Below are positions 1-8,563 of a DNA stretch of 32,352 nucleotides, one piece after another. The stretch lies in assembly GCA_964249935.1 (NCBI GenBank), contig CAXUEG010000007.1, positions 1-32,352 on the forward strand. The letters are read 5' to 3'. Under the pieces are notes generated by a model. The model was given only the letters and a program-made list of their open reading frames with translations, had not been told where the DNA came from and made no database searches. The position numbers and the translations under genes were made by a program. Position 1 is the stretch's first letter. Each line of letters opens with the position of its first letter. The stretch comes from an uncultured Terriglobus sp. GTDB lineage: Bacteria > Acidobacteriota > Terriglobia > Terriglobales > Acidobacteriaceae.

Positions 1-334
1 GGGCAAGAACAAGACGCTCTGGGATCTGGGCGTCGCGGCGTCCTACACGCTGGGCAGTGCGCAAACTGCACAAAGCGGCAGCAAATTTCAGCAGGGCGCA
101 GATATCTGTATCCCAGACAGCTCCATCGCGGCGCGGCATGCGGTTGTGTTCTCAAAGGAAGGACGCTACTTCATCGCGCGTCACCCAGACGCAGGCGGGC
201 CGGAGGGCATCGCGAAGTACGTGTTGCGCGTGAAGGGCAAGACGGTCGTTTCTTCCCAGGAGCTCTCGCCACAGGACGATGTGCTGATCGGCCGCACGGC
301 TCTCCGCTTCGACAGCAGAAAGCTGGGCGAGTGA
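1..334 (+). CDS. FHA-fold domain protein, C-terminal part (5' truncated by window edge)
   Basis: The frame from nt 2 is open to TGA at 332-334: ...SYTLGSAQ...GADICIPDSSIAARHAVVFSKEGRYFI...VKGKTV..QELSPQDDVLIGRTALRF. This matches the FHA pattern (D-I-x-I-P-D-x-x-I-x-x-x-H; L-x-x-x-D-x-I-x-I-G-x-x-x-L-x-F). The stop overlaps the next start. Confidence 0.7.
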   Translation, partial: GKNKTLWDLGVAASYTLGSAQTAQSGSKFQQGADICIPDSSIAARHAVVFSKEGRYFIARHPDAGGPEGIAKYVLRVKGKTVVSSQELSPQDDVLIGRTALRFDSRKLGE

Positions 335-1878
335 TGCAGACACTTGCTCAATCCAGACGCCGGCTGCGGCTCGATCGGTACGCGCCGGTTGCGGCTCTCT
401 GCACGGCCCTGTGCCTGCCTTTGTGCTCCCCTTTCAGCGCCGCGGCTCAGGAGGGCGCTGCCGCTCCGCAAAAGGCTACCGTGCTGCACACCGTCTCCCA
501 GCCCGCTCTCGTGGACTGCTCGCCGGTAGCGCTGTCACCCTGCATGTCTGCCGTGGTCACTCCGGCTGCGGCAACGGGAATGCCGGCCCCGGTGCAACTG
601 CCGCCGGCCGCGCGGCTCGCCTCGGCATTCCGGCTGACCGGACCCTCAGGCGAGGTCACGCCATTCTTTGCTTCTTCGGGTGTCGGTCCAGATGCGGGCG
701 ACCACACCAATGTGGTGCTGCTGATCGTTGATATCAGCGGCAGCATGAACGACAAAATCGCCAGCGGCCAGACGCGCTTTGAGGCGGCGCGCTCCGCGAT
801 CGCGCAGTTCCTGGACGGCATGCAGGAGAGTTCTGACCGCGTCGCGATCGTGCCGTTTGAGAGCCACAACGTGGTCTCGACGATCCGCGGTGCCGTGTAT
901 GCCTCGCGCAAGACCGACGCCCTGGCGCAGTTGAAGGCGCTGCCCGCGCCCGGCCCCAAGAACAACACCGCGTTATACCAGGCGGTGTTTACCGGCGAAG
1001 AGGCCCTGCACACCGAGGTGGAAACATTGCGGCGTGAGGGTCTGACTGTAGGCGTGCAGCCACACCTGATCCTGATGACCGACGGTAAAAACGAAGTGAT
1101 GGCAGGCGACGATCCGCAACTGCTGAACGGCGACCTGGGTCTGCAACAGGCAGTTGCGCAGGTGCAGTCCGCCCACATGGATACGATCGGCATCGGTTTC
1201 GGAGATCGCGCGCAGATTGATACGGCTGCGCTGCAGCACCTTTCGACTCGTTTTTTCTATGCCGCGGATGCCGCTCAACTGCTCGATGCATTGCATGTGA
1301 CGCGCTCTGCCGTGAGCCATGCGGTGACGCTGACCTGGCTGCTGCCCGAGACCAGCCGGGTAACGCTGGCCGGCCGCGATCAGCCGTGGGTGCCCACGCT
1401 GCGGCTGGACGACGGCTCTGTTCTGAGCGGCGAGCCGCTCCGGCTGCTGGTTCCCGCAACGGCGCCGCCTGTGTTCGTTCGCAAGGCCGGCTCCGACGAA
1501 CTCAACGCCTTGATTGCGACGCACCCCGAGGTCAACTCCGGGTGGACGCTGGTGCTGACGCACGGTCTGTTGTATGCGATTGCCGCGCTTCTGCTGCTTT
1601 TGCTGTGGTTCTGGGTGCCGCGCCTCATCTGGGCCGACGAGCTTCTCGGCATGCCGGATCGCAAGCAGCGCTGGCGCAGCGAGCAGGCGGGGAGCGACTT
1701 CGGGCAGCGCTCGGGCGTAAAGGCGGCATCCGGGGTGCAGGTGCGTTCCACAACTTCTCTGCCGGAGGGCTTCGCTCCGGAGGCAGTCGGCAGTCCGCTG
1801 CAGCGTTCCGCGGCGCAAGTGACCCAGATTCAGTCCCGCGGCGAGTTCTCGCGAACCCGCCTCAATGTCGATCGTTAG
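331..1878 (+). CDS. Exported, membrane-anchored von Willebrand factor A domain protein
   Basis: Signal-peptide-like N-terminus (RRRLR..VAALCTALCLPLCSPFSAAA-Q). MIDAS motif VDISGSM, NTALY and LMTDG. Hydrophobic segment LLYAIAALLLLLLWFWVP followed by a polar tail. Start is GTG 331 or ATG 334, overlapping the upstream TGA. Confidence 0.85.
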   Translation: MMQTLAQSRRRLRLDRYAPVAALCTALCLPLCSPFSAAAQEGAAAPQKATVLHTVSQPALVDCSPVALSPCMSAVVTPAAATGMPAPVQLPPAARLASAFRLTGPSGEVTPFFASSGVGPDAGDHTNVVLLIVDISGSMNDKIASGQTRFEAARSAIAQFLDGMQESSDRVAIVPFESHNVVSTIRGAVYASRKTDALAQLKALPAPGPKNNTALYQAVFTGEEALHTEVETLRREGLTVGVQPHLILMTDGKNEVMAGDDPQLLNGDLGLQQAVAQVQSAHMDTIGIGFGDRAQIDTAALQHLSTRFFYAADAAQLLDALHVTRSAVSHAVTLTWLLPETSRVTLAGRDQPWVPTLRLDDGSVLSGEPLRLLVPATAPPVFVRKAGSDELNALIATHPEVNSGWTLVLTHGLLYAIAALLLLLLWFWVPRLIWADELLGMPDRKQRWRSEQAGSDFGQRSGVKAASGVQVRSTTSLPEGFAPEAVGSPLQRSAAQVTQIQSRGEFSRTRLNVDR

Positions 1879-1911
1879 CCCGCAACACAGTTCCTGAAAG
1901 GGAGTGTCCTC

Positions 1912-2412
1912 ATGCCTCTGGTCAAAGTTGTCCGCAAGGGTGTCACCGCAGCGGTTCGCAAGGTTCCCACCTCCACCGCGGCGGCCATGCTGCCCATGAC
2001 GCTGGACCGCGTTGGCGCGGAAGCCGGTTCGGAGACGGAGGAGCTGAAAAAGGTCGAGGACCTCTCGGATGCCTTTCGCCAGTTCCAGCCGAAGCTGAAG
2101 TTTCAGGGCTACGCCGGACCGGAGCAGGCAGAGTTCCGTGCCGACTTTGACTTTCGTTCGATCAAGGACTTCGATCCGGAGAATCTGCAGAAGCGCCAGG
2201 AGGTCAAGGACGCGGATGGCGAATCACACCTCCTGCGCAACGACCTGGCCGACCTGAAGACCAACATCGATCTGCTGTATCGCTTGAAGGACCGCTGGAA
2301 GCTGCCCGCGGTTCGCCGCGCGTGGGGCAATGCGGGGCAACGGCAAGAGATTGTGGACGCACTTGGAAAGCTGCGCAGTGAGCTTCAGCGCGTGGCGGAA
2401 GGGGAAAAGTAA
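1912..2412 (+). CDS. tssB: T6SS contractile sheath small subunit TssB-like (divergent)
   Basis: EDLSDAFRQFQPKLKF...FDFRSIKDFDPENL resembles the TssB F-x-S-x-x-D-F-x-P motif. 166 aa, ends 3 nt upstream of the TssC-like gene, RBS GGGAG upstream. Confidence 0.7.
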   Translation: MPLVKVVRKGVTAAVRKVPTSTAAAMLPMTLDRVGAEAGSETEELKKVEDLSDAFRQFQPKLKFQGYAGPEQAEFRADFDFRSIKDFDPENLQKRQEVKDADGESHLLRNDLADLKTNIDLLYRLKDRWKLPAVRRAWGNAGQRQEIVDALGKLRSELQRVAEGEK

Positions 2413-2415
2413 GCC

Positions 2416-3756
2416 ATGGCACAGACCGCACCCGCAACCCGCACCACCGAGCAGATCCTGGGCAACAGCGCCGCGCGCGAGCTCCTGCAGGACATCTTCG
2501 CGGACCTGCACCCGGGACTCACCAATGAGAAGCGCGACATCAGCAGCATCTTCTCCGCGCAGTCGGCGAAGGAGTTCCTGAGCCAACTCACGAATTTCGA
2601 GCAGCTGATCAGCGCGGACGACAGCTACGACAAGACGGTAAAGAAGCTGCAGACTCAGATCGACAGCGCAGAGTCCGTGCGCGACGAACTGCTGGCGCAG
2701 ATCTTCGAACAGATTCGTCCTTTGGAACTGTCCTACCGCCAGGTGCAGCTCTTCTTTGAGAACACCAAGGTGAACGACGGCAAGGTGCGCAAGCCGGTGG
2801 AGCTGTTCATCCTGAACGGCGACCCCAAGGCGATGGAGGACATCTTCTCCATGAGCGTCGCCGCGCTGGAGCACTTTGTGGTGCAGCGCAACGACAACTT
2901 CAACTTCCGCGACGACATCTGCAACCTGATCGTGCCGGGCTACTACGCGCAGCCGATTCGCGAGAAGCTGGAGCTGTTGGCGAACACGTGGGGCATGCTG
3001 CTGATCGGCGACCTGGACGACGAGACCTCGTTTAAGAACGTGGAACGCAACTTCCTCCCCGGTGGCAAGTACGAGTTCCTGAAGCGGCCTGAGGACGCGG
3101 CAGCTTCGGACGTGTGTCTGATGGGCTATCTCCAGATGCGGCCGGCACACTGGTTTGAGAAGGGCGACGGCCAGCAGGATGGTTTGTACGGTCCACCGTC
3201 CATGGTGTTCGCCGGGGCCGTCGCACGCGCGGATGACGCGCAGGGCATGGCGCAGGGACCCGTCGGGTCGCGGTTTGGCCGCGTAAACGGTGCGGCCAAG
3301 GCGCGCATCGAGCCTCTGATCGGGCAGATGGAGCACCTCTCGATGGAGCGGCAGCTGATTCCGATCATCCGCGACGCCGACAACCACCTGTGCTTTTACG
3401 GCTGCCGCACCCAGGCCGACGATCCGTACGGTGTGCTGAAATTCTTCACGTCATACCGCATTCTGCGCTACCTGGAACGCTGCTGCCGCCACTACCTCCT
3501 GCAGGTAGCCGGCCAGGTGCTGACACGCGACTTCATGGATCAGCAGATTGAAACGCCCCTGAAACGTCTGCTCGACGAGCAGGTGGAACAGGGCACGATC
3601 CTGGGTTACGACCTGTTCGTCGACAAAGATTCAAACAAACGCATGCAAGGCATCTGCGACATCACCCTGAACGTAATGCCTACAGGACCGGCGGAGACGT
3701 TTGTGCTGAAGATTGACGTTCCCGAGTTTGCCCGTCAGGAACCGGCCAAGAAGTAA
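2416..3756 (+). CDS. tssC: T6SS contractile sheath large subunit TssC-like (Bacteroidota/DUF5458 type)
   Basis: RPLELSYRQVQLFFENT, LIVPGY, GLYGPPSMVFAG and MAQGPVGSRFGRVNG resemble Bacteroidota TssC motifs. Phage-sheath-like C-terminus (CDITLNVMPTGPAETFVLKI). 446 aa. Confidence 0.8.
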   Translation: MAQTAPATRTTEQILGNSAARELLQDIFADLHPGLTNEKRDISSIFSAQSAKEFLSQLTNFEQLISADDSYDKTVKKLQTQIDSAESVRDELLAQIFEQIRPLELSYRQVQLFFENTKVNDGKVRKPVELFILNGDPKAMEDIFSMSVAALEHFVVQRNDNFNFRDDICNLIVPGYYAQPIREKLELLANTWGMLLIGDLDDETSFKNVERNFLPGGKYEFLKRPEDAAASDVCLMGYLQMRPAHWFEKGDGQQDGLYGPPSMVFAGAVARADDAQGMAQGPVGSRFGRVNGAAKARIEPLIGQMEHLSMERQLIPIIRDADNHLCFYGCRTQADDPYGVLKFFTSYRILRYLERCCRHYLLQVAGQVLTRDFMDQQIETPLKRLLDEQVEQGTILGYDLFVDKDSNKRMQGICDITLNVMPTGPAETFVLKIDVPEFARQEPAKK

Positions 3757-3768
3757 GCGGAGAGTTCG

Positions 3769-4245
3769 ATGGCGCAGCTACGATTCAACATCGGAGTTCC
3801 AGGGGCGGGTTCGGCGGCGCGCGAGGCGGAATCGGCGCGCGAGACCTTCCGTTCGCCGCGTCCGGAGGCCGGCTCCGCAGCGCGGCACGCTGAGGAGGAA
3901 CGCCGGCAAGCACATTCGTCCGGGCTGCGAGGCGCGGGGGTCACCACCATCCGGTTGGGCACCGCACCCCAGCGAAATGGAGTGGCAGATCATTCGCTTA
4001 CCTCCGCGGCCAAACAGGATGGCAGCCCAGGACAGGGAGTGATTCCTCCGGGCCTCCCGGACCCGGACCCACTCCTGCTCCCTTCAGAAGAGAGGCGGCC
4101 AGCCAGCATCCTCACGGGCCCGGACACATCCGCCGCCGTAGTTTCAACCCGCACGCCGACCGCATTCAACCCGCTGCAAACGGCAGCGGTGAAGTTCAGG
4201 TCGCTGTTCCGCTCGATACGTTCGCGAGCCGCCAGCGAAAACTAA
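3769..4245 (+). CDS. Hypothetical low-complexity (A/R/P/S-rich) protein
   Basis: ATG with upstream GGAGAG. Fills the tssC-hcp gap in the operon direction. No recognisable motif. Confidence 0.45.
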   Translation: MAQLRFNIGVPGAGSAAREAESARETFRSPRPEAGSAARHAEEERRQAHSSGLRGAGVTTIRLGTAPQRNGVADHSLTSAAKQDGSPGQGVIPPGLPDPDPLLLPSEERRPASILTGPDTSAAVVSTRTPTAFNPLQTAAVKFRSLFRSIRSRAASEN

Positions 4246-4284
4246 ACCGTTCACCTGCAATCAAGAACACCGAAGGAGTTCCTT

Positions 4285-4761
4285 ATGGCAAATCCGTACC
4301 GCACTACTGTCACGATCGACGGCCAGAAGTTCCAGGCGGTTACCACCAGCGTAAAGTTCAACACGGCCAAAGATCGTGCGGGCGTTGCGCAAATGGGATC
4401 CCTGGCCACCAAGATTCGTGTGTGGGCCGACCTGCACGACGACACGAACCTGCCGTTCAGCACGGTCAAGCACCTGTTCGACCTCTCCAACGTGGTCACA
4501 CGCGACAAGATCAAAGCCGTCAAAATCGAGTTCTGGAAAGACGACTCGCAGCAGGACGCGCTGATCTCCTACAGCTTCAACGGCTGGATCCGCCGGTTTG
4601 AAACGTCGAACCCACTCGACTTCCTGCCACGCAGCGTTTCGACCAGCACCGAGGATTCGCTTGCCGAAGGCGCGGCGCCCAGCCTGAACCACATGCTTGT
4701 GCTCGACATTGAGCCGGCGCTGAACCAGGCGAACTTTCAGGATGTGCAGCTCAGCAACTGA
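4285..4761 (+). CDS. tssD: Tail tube protein TssD/Hcp-like, copy 1
   Basis: Strong RBS AAGGAG. The N-terminus YRTTVTIDGQKF..SVKFNTAKDRAG..GSLATKIRV parallels Bacteroidota TssD (F-x-A-x-L-x-I-x-G-K-x-F...D-x-x-G-R-P). 158 aa, located between sheath and TssE genes. Confidence 0.65.
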   Translation: MANPYRTTVTIDGQKFQAVTTSVKFNTAKDRAGVAQMGSLATKIRVWADLHDDTNLPFSTVKHLFDLSNVVTRDKIKAVKIEFWKDDSQQDALISYSFNGWIRRFETSNPLDFLPRSVSTSTEDSLAEGAAPSLNHMLVLDIEPALNQANFQDVQLSN

Positions 4762-4778
4762 TCCGGGTGCAAACAAGC

Positions 4779-4831
4779 CGGGGCTAAAGCCCCGCCACCA
4801 CGAAGCTGGATGCAGCGGCCTGGAGGCCGCT
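4779..4831. repeat. Pair of GC-rich REP-like hairpins
   Basis: CGGGGC-TAAA-GCCCCG (4779-4794) and AGCGGCC-TGGA-GGCCGCT (4814-4831): perfect stems with tetraloops in the intergenic gap. Confidence 0.65.
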
Positions 4832-4892
4832 CTCCCCCTCCGAAACGCATTGCGTGGCACAGGCCACTTTTTCCCTAAGAAAGGATTTCATC

Positions 4893-5342
4893 ATGGCAGC
4901 TCCCTACCGCAGCACCTGCACCATCAATGGAAACAAGTTTGATTGCCTTTCCATCTCGGTCGCCTTCAACACAGACAAGGACCGCGCCGGCATGCCCCAA
5001 ATGGGATCGCTGCACACCAACATGCGCGCGTATGTCGACTTCCACGACGACACCAATATCCCGTTCTCGACCATGAGCAGCCTGTTCAACCTGTCGAACG
5101 TGGTCACGCGCGACAAGGTGGTGCCGATCAAGCTCGAGTTCTGGAAGGACGACTCGCACCAGGACGCGCTGGCGTCGTACAGCTTCAACGGCTGGATCAG
5201 CGGCTTCCACACGCTCAACCCGTACATGAGCGATGACCAGTTGTCCGATGAAGATCACACCGGCGTCAACCACATCCTGGTCCTCGACCTGGAGGCGGAG
5301 ATGAACCAGCAGAACTATGCCGACATCACGCTGAGCAACTAG
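4893..5342 (+). CDS. tssD: Tail tube protein TssD/Hcp-like, copy 2
   Basis: ATG 4893 follows AAGGA (preferred over GTG 4854). By manual alignment 73 of the first 110 aa are identical to copy 1 (KDRAG, QMGSL, HDDTN, LSNVVTRDK, EFWKDDS, SYSFNGWI). Confidence 0.65.
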   Translation: MAAPYRSTCTINGNKFDCLSISVAFNTDKDRAGMPQMGSLHTNMRAYVDFHDDTNIPFSTMSSLFNLSNVVTRDKVVPIKLEFWKDDSHQDALASYSFNGWISGFHTLNPYMSDDQLSDEDHTGVNHILVLDLEAEMNQQNYADITLSN

Positions 5343-5356
5343 CGACTTCCTTTGAC

Positions 5357-5398
5357 GGAGCGCCTGCGACCCAGGCGCCTCCCTGTTCCGTCTTCTCT
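5357..5398 (+). terminator. Possible weak terminator or mRNA-stabilising hairpin after the tube genes
   Basis: GCGCCTG-CGACC-CAGGCGC stem (5360-5378), extended by GGA/TCC and followed by a pyrimidine-rich tract. No pure U-run. Confidence 0.35.
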
Positions 5399-5439
5399 GC
5401 CTGAATCAACGCTCCGGGCCACAAGCTCGCGAAGGCATC

Positions 5440-5802
5440 GTGCAATCCATTGCTTTTCCATTGCGCTTGCAGGAAAGCGGCTTACTCCGCCGCAATGACC
5501 GCACCGCGTCCGTGCTGTCGCTTCTGCAGATGATGGCGCGCACACCGCAAGGATCCTGGCGCGCCTCTCCGGACTTCGGTTTGCGCGACCTGTTTGAAGA
5601 GGGCCGTCAACGGGCGGACCTGCCGCGGCTCGTCGCCGAACGCATCCAACGCTCGCTTGCGGACCTGGGCATGGAGGAATACCAGGTGGCCGAGGTGGTG
5701 CGCGAGCTGAGTGCAAGCCGCGATGTGGACACGTATTCCATTCGCCTGGAAAACCAGAGCACGGCGGAAAGCCTGACCACTACGCTTGCGTACGAGACAT
5801 AG
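5440..5802 (+). CDS. tssE: Baseplate gp25/TssE-like protein
   Basis: LLQMMARTPQGSWRASPDFGL matches the gp25 motif (L-x-T-x-x-G-x4-P-x-F-G). 120 aa, directly precedes TssF. Confidence 0.75.
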   Translation: MQSIAFPLRLQESGLLRRNDRTASVLSLLQMMARTPQGSWRASPDFGLRDLFEEGRQRADLPRLVAERIQRSLADLGMEEYQVAEVVRELSASRDVDTYSIRLENQSTAESLTTTLAYET

Positions 5803-5814
5803 GACACCCGCCGC

Positions 5815-7512
5815 ATGAGTGCACACACGCCTACCGTTCTCGAGATTGACCGCAAGCTGCGCGATGACTTTCGCCGGCGCGTGAAGGATTTCGGCGTTAC
5901 GGCAGAGACCACCGATCCCCTGCTCGCCGTGCTCTTTCGTACCTTTGCGCAGCAGATCGACCAGGTGTATGGCGATGCTGCACTGCTGCGGCAGTCGCTG
6001 CTGCACGAGCTGATGCGCGGTCTGCAGGTGCAGCAATACCTGGCGACCCCGGCACAGGCAGCGATCCGTCTGAGCAATCAGATGGACGAGCCGCGTGTGC
6101 TGCGCGCGGGCACGGAGCTAAATGCGGTGACGCCCGCGGGCGAACGCATCGTCTTCAGCCTGGACGCCACGTGCGAGATCTCGCAGGCGCGGCTGGCGTT
6201 TGCCCTCAGCTACCAGGATCAGTCGATGCGCCTGCTTTCGGGCGTGGAGATGAGCGATGCCGTGCAGGCGCTGCGGCCGTCCATGGAGGCGGTGCCGGTG
6301 GCGCTTGGACCGCAACCCGCGTTGTACCTTGCGATCGAAAACCTGCCCGCTCAGATGCTTAACCGGCACGGCATCTTCTTCGAGCTCGGTCCGGGAACCT
6401 ACGCGGTGCAGCATGCGCTGTGTCACGAGCCGTGGTGGATCTTCGATGAGGAAGGCGAGCTGACTGGCAGCGGCCTCCTGCGACCGTACCGCAGCAACGC
6501 CGGCGTGTACCAGCTGCGCTTCCAGACGGGCGAGAACGAAACCACCAGCATGCTCGACGCGCCGCTGCCGTCCATTCCGGACGGCTTCTACGCGGGCCGG
6601 CAGTTTGTGTTTCCGGCGATGCACGCCGATGCGCCCTTCCGGTGCCGCATTCCCCGTCTCCTGGAGGCGGCAGTATCGCGCCTGCTGAATCATGACGCGG
6701 CTACCGTGCTACGCGAACCGCGAATCTGGATCAAGATTCCCATGCCGCCGGGCATTCCGGCGCTGCACCACGCGATTGGCGGCATTGTGCTGCATGCGAT
6801 GACGGCCTCCAACGTCTTTGCGCGCAACCAGACGGTGCAGTTTGCGCGCGATGGAAGTTCGATTCCGGTTACGCGAAGCGGGGGCACGCCCGAACACCTG
6901 GTAGCACCGCTGACCGTGATGAGTACCGCCAACGACCTGTATGAGGCTGCGGCCACACCCAGCGCCAGCGCGACCGCGGGCCGGTTTGAGCTGCACAACG
7001 GCCGGTTGACCATCACGCCCGGCCACCACGACGATGGAACACCGCACACCGCGGCGAACGTTCGGCTGTGGCTCACGAATGGAGAGCTTGGCAACCGCGT
7101 TGGCCCCGGCGACATTTCAGGCTTTGCAAATGCGGCAGCGCTCACCGGCGTGCGCGTGGCGCCACTCACGGCGGCGTCCGGCGGATCGAATTGCGAACAG
7201 ATCGCCAGTGAGGAGCGCCGTTTCGCGGATGCCCTGCTGACCCGCGGCCGCATCGTCACCAAGCAGGACCTGAAAACCGCCGCGCTGGCCATCGATCGCC
7301 GTATCCTGCAGGCTGATAGCGCTTCCGGGATGGAGCGCGGCGCGGAGGGCGGCTTGCGGCGCGTGGAGCGTCTGCTGCTGACGCTGGACGCCGACGGGTT
7401 CACCCGGCCGGAGGTCGAGCTCCCCGCATTGAAATCGCAGATTGAGATCTCGCTAAAGGCTCGTCTGGTGCAAGGCTTGGAACTTGCGGTGGAGTTCGCA
7501 TGGAACGGCTGA
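5815..7512 (+). CDS. tssF: Baseplate wedge TssF-like protein
   Basis: N-terminal TDPLLAVLFRTFA, PAQAAI..VLRAGT and WLTNGELGN. C-terminal LTAASGG..LLTRGRIVTKQDL is typical of TssF/baseplate J. Confidence 0.8.
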   Translation: MSAHTPTVLEIDRKLRDDFRRRVKDFGVTAETTDPLLAVLFRTFAQQIDQVYGDAALLRQSLLHELMRGLQVQQYLATPAQAAIRLSNQMDEPRVLRAGTELNAVTPAGERIVFSLDATCEISQARLAFALSYQDQSMRLLSGVEMSDAVQALRPSMEAVPVALGPQPALYLAIENLPAQMLNRHGIFFELGPGTYAVQHALCHEPWWIFDEEGELTGSGLLRPYRSNAGVYQLRFQTGENETTSMLDAPLPSIPDGFYAGRQFVFPAMHADAPFRCRIPRLLEAAVSRLLNHDAATVLREPRIWIKIPMPPGIPALHHAIGGIVLHAMTASNVFARNQTVQFARDGSSIPVTRSGGTPEHLVAPLTVMSTANDLYEAAATPSASATAGRFELHNGRLTITPGHHDDGTPHTAANVRLWLTNGELGNRVGPGDISGFANAAALTGVRVAPLTAASGGSNCEQIASEERRFADALLTRGRIVTKQDLKTAALAIDRRILQADSASGMERGAEGGLRRVERLLLTLDADGFTRPEVELPALKSQIEISLKARLVQGLELAVEFAWNG

Positions 7513-8555
7513 CACGACCGGCGGACACTGGGCAGCCCGTGCGCTCTGCCACGGTGCCGCTGATGCCTGCGCTGGCGGCCGGCAAACATTCCCATCACCA
7601 CACGGTTCATTCCGCGCTTGCCACGTTGCAGGCCCTCGGCGTGGGCGCGCAGCGCATCTCGATTGAGCGCACCGGCCGCGAAGCTGTCCTGCCCGGAACA
7701 GTTGTCGGGCAAGCCCCCGCGCCCGGCGCGCCGCTGCTGCCGGATACACGGGTCCGTCTCCAGGTCGCCGGGCTCGGTTTTGCCCACGCTCTGCCGGTGG
7801 GCATGTGGGACTCCGGCGGCGAACGCGAGCTGGGTACGCGGGAGTTGCTGGGAGATGTCGATGATCCCCTGGAAAAGCTGAAGCATTGGTTCCATGAGGG
7901 TGCGCCGCTCTTCCGGTTAGCCCCGGACGATCCCGCGTCTTCTGCGCGGTGGCTCACACTGTTCGGTGTCGACCCGCAGGTATGGCCGCGGCGGCTGTGG
8001 TACACCCTGGCGACGCTGGTCGCTAAGTTAGCGCAGTACTCCTGCAGCCAGCAGGGCTGCGCGTTTGTGCTGCAAACGGTGCTTGACCTGCCCGTAGAGC
8101 AGTTCCGGCATCGGCCGAACTGGTCCAACCTGCCGGACAGGATGTGCTCCGGCCTGGGCTGGAGGTCGTCGCGGCTTGGTATCGATCTGCTGCTGGGCGA
8201 CCAGCTGGAACAGCCTGCGTCGCTTGAAATCGAGATTGGGCCTGTCTCGATCGACCGGTACGAATACTTTGCCGAATCTCCAGAAGGACGGGCGCTGCTG
8301 CGGCAACTGCTGGAGTGGATTGTGCCGGTCAGCACCAAGGTAGAGGTGCGATGGTCGGTGCTGGACCGGAACCGCCCACCGCAGCTTGGCGTGCGCGAGG
8401 GGAACAGCAGGTTGGGCATCAACACGCACATGGGCGGCACGCTGGCCGGGGCGCAAACGAGCACATGGCTCGGGCCTGAGAAGGCCGCAGAACAACCGGC
8501 GGAAACAGCAGCAACGGAGCAAGAGCAACCCGTCATGGTTGCGCTGCAACTCTGA
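7500..8555 (+). CDS. tssG: Baseplate TssG-like protein with N-terminal PASTA-like domain
   Basis: LPVEQF..W..LP..LG...SRLG.DLLLG...LEIEIGPV and C-terminal PPQLG...SRLGINTHMG are TssG-type motifs. Overlaps tssF by 13 nt. Residues ~21-90 fit the PASTA pattern. Confidence 0.7.
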   Translation: MERLTRPADTGQPVRSATVPLMPALAAGKHSHHHTVHSALATLQALGVGAQRISIERTGREAVLPGTVVGQAPAPGAPLLPDTRVRLQVAGLGFAHALPVGMWDSGGERELGTRELLGDVDDPLEKLKHWFHEGAPLFRLAPDDPASSARWLTLFGVDPQVWPRRLWYTLATLVAKLAQYSCSQQGCAFVLQTVLDLPVEQFRHRPNWSNLPDRMCSGLGWRSSRLGIDLLLGDQLEQPASLEIEIGPVSIDRYEYFAESPEGRALLRQLLEWIVPVSTKVEVRWSVLDRNRPPQLGVREGNSRLGINTHMGGTLAGAQTSTWLGPEKAAEQPAETAATEQEQPVMVALQL

Positions 8556-8563
8556 GAAGAGCC

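Noticed and set aside
2224-3387. Long antisense ORFs (also 6690-7895, 7607-8641, 9230-10144, 29549-30529)
   Set aside because: They are shadows of high-GC coding genes on the opposite strand and show no motifs.
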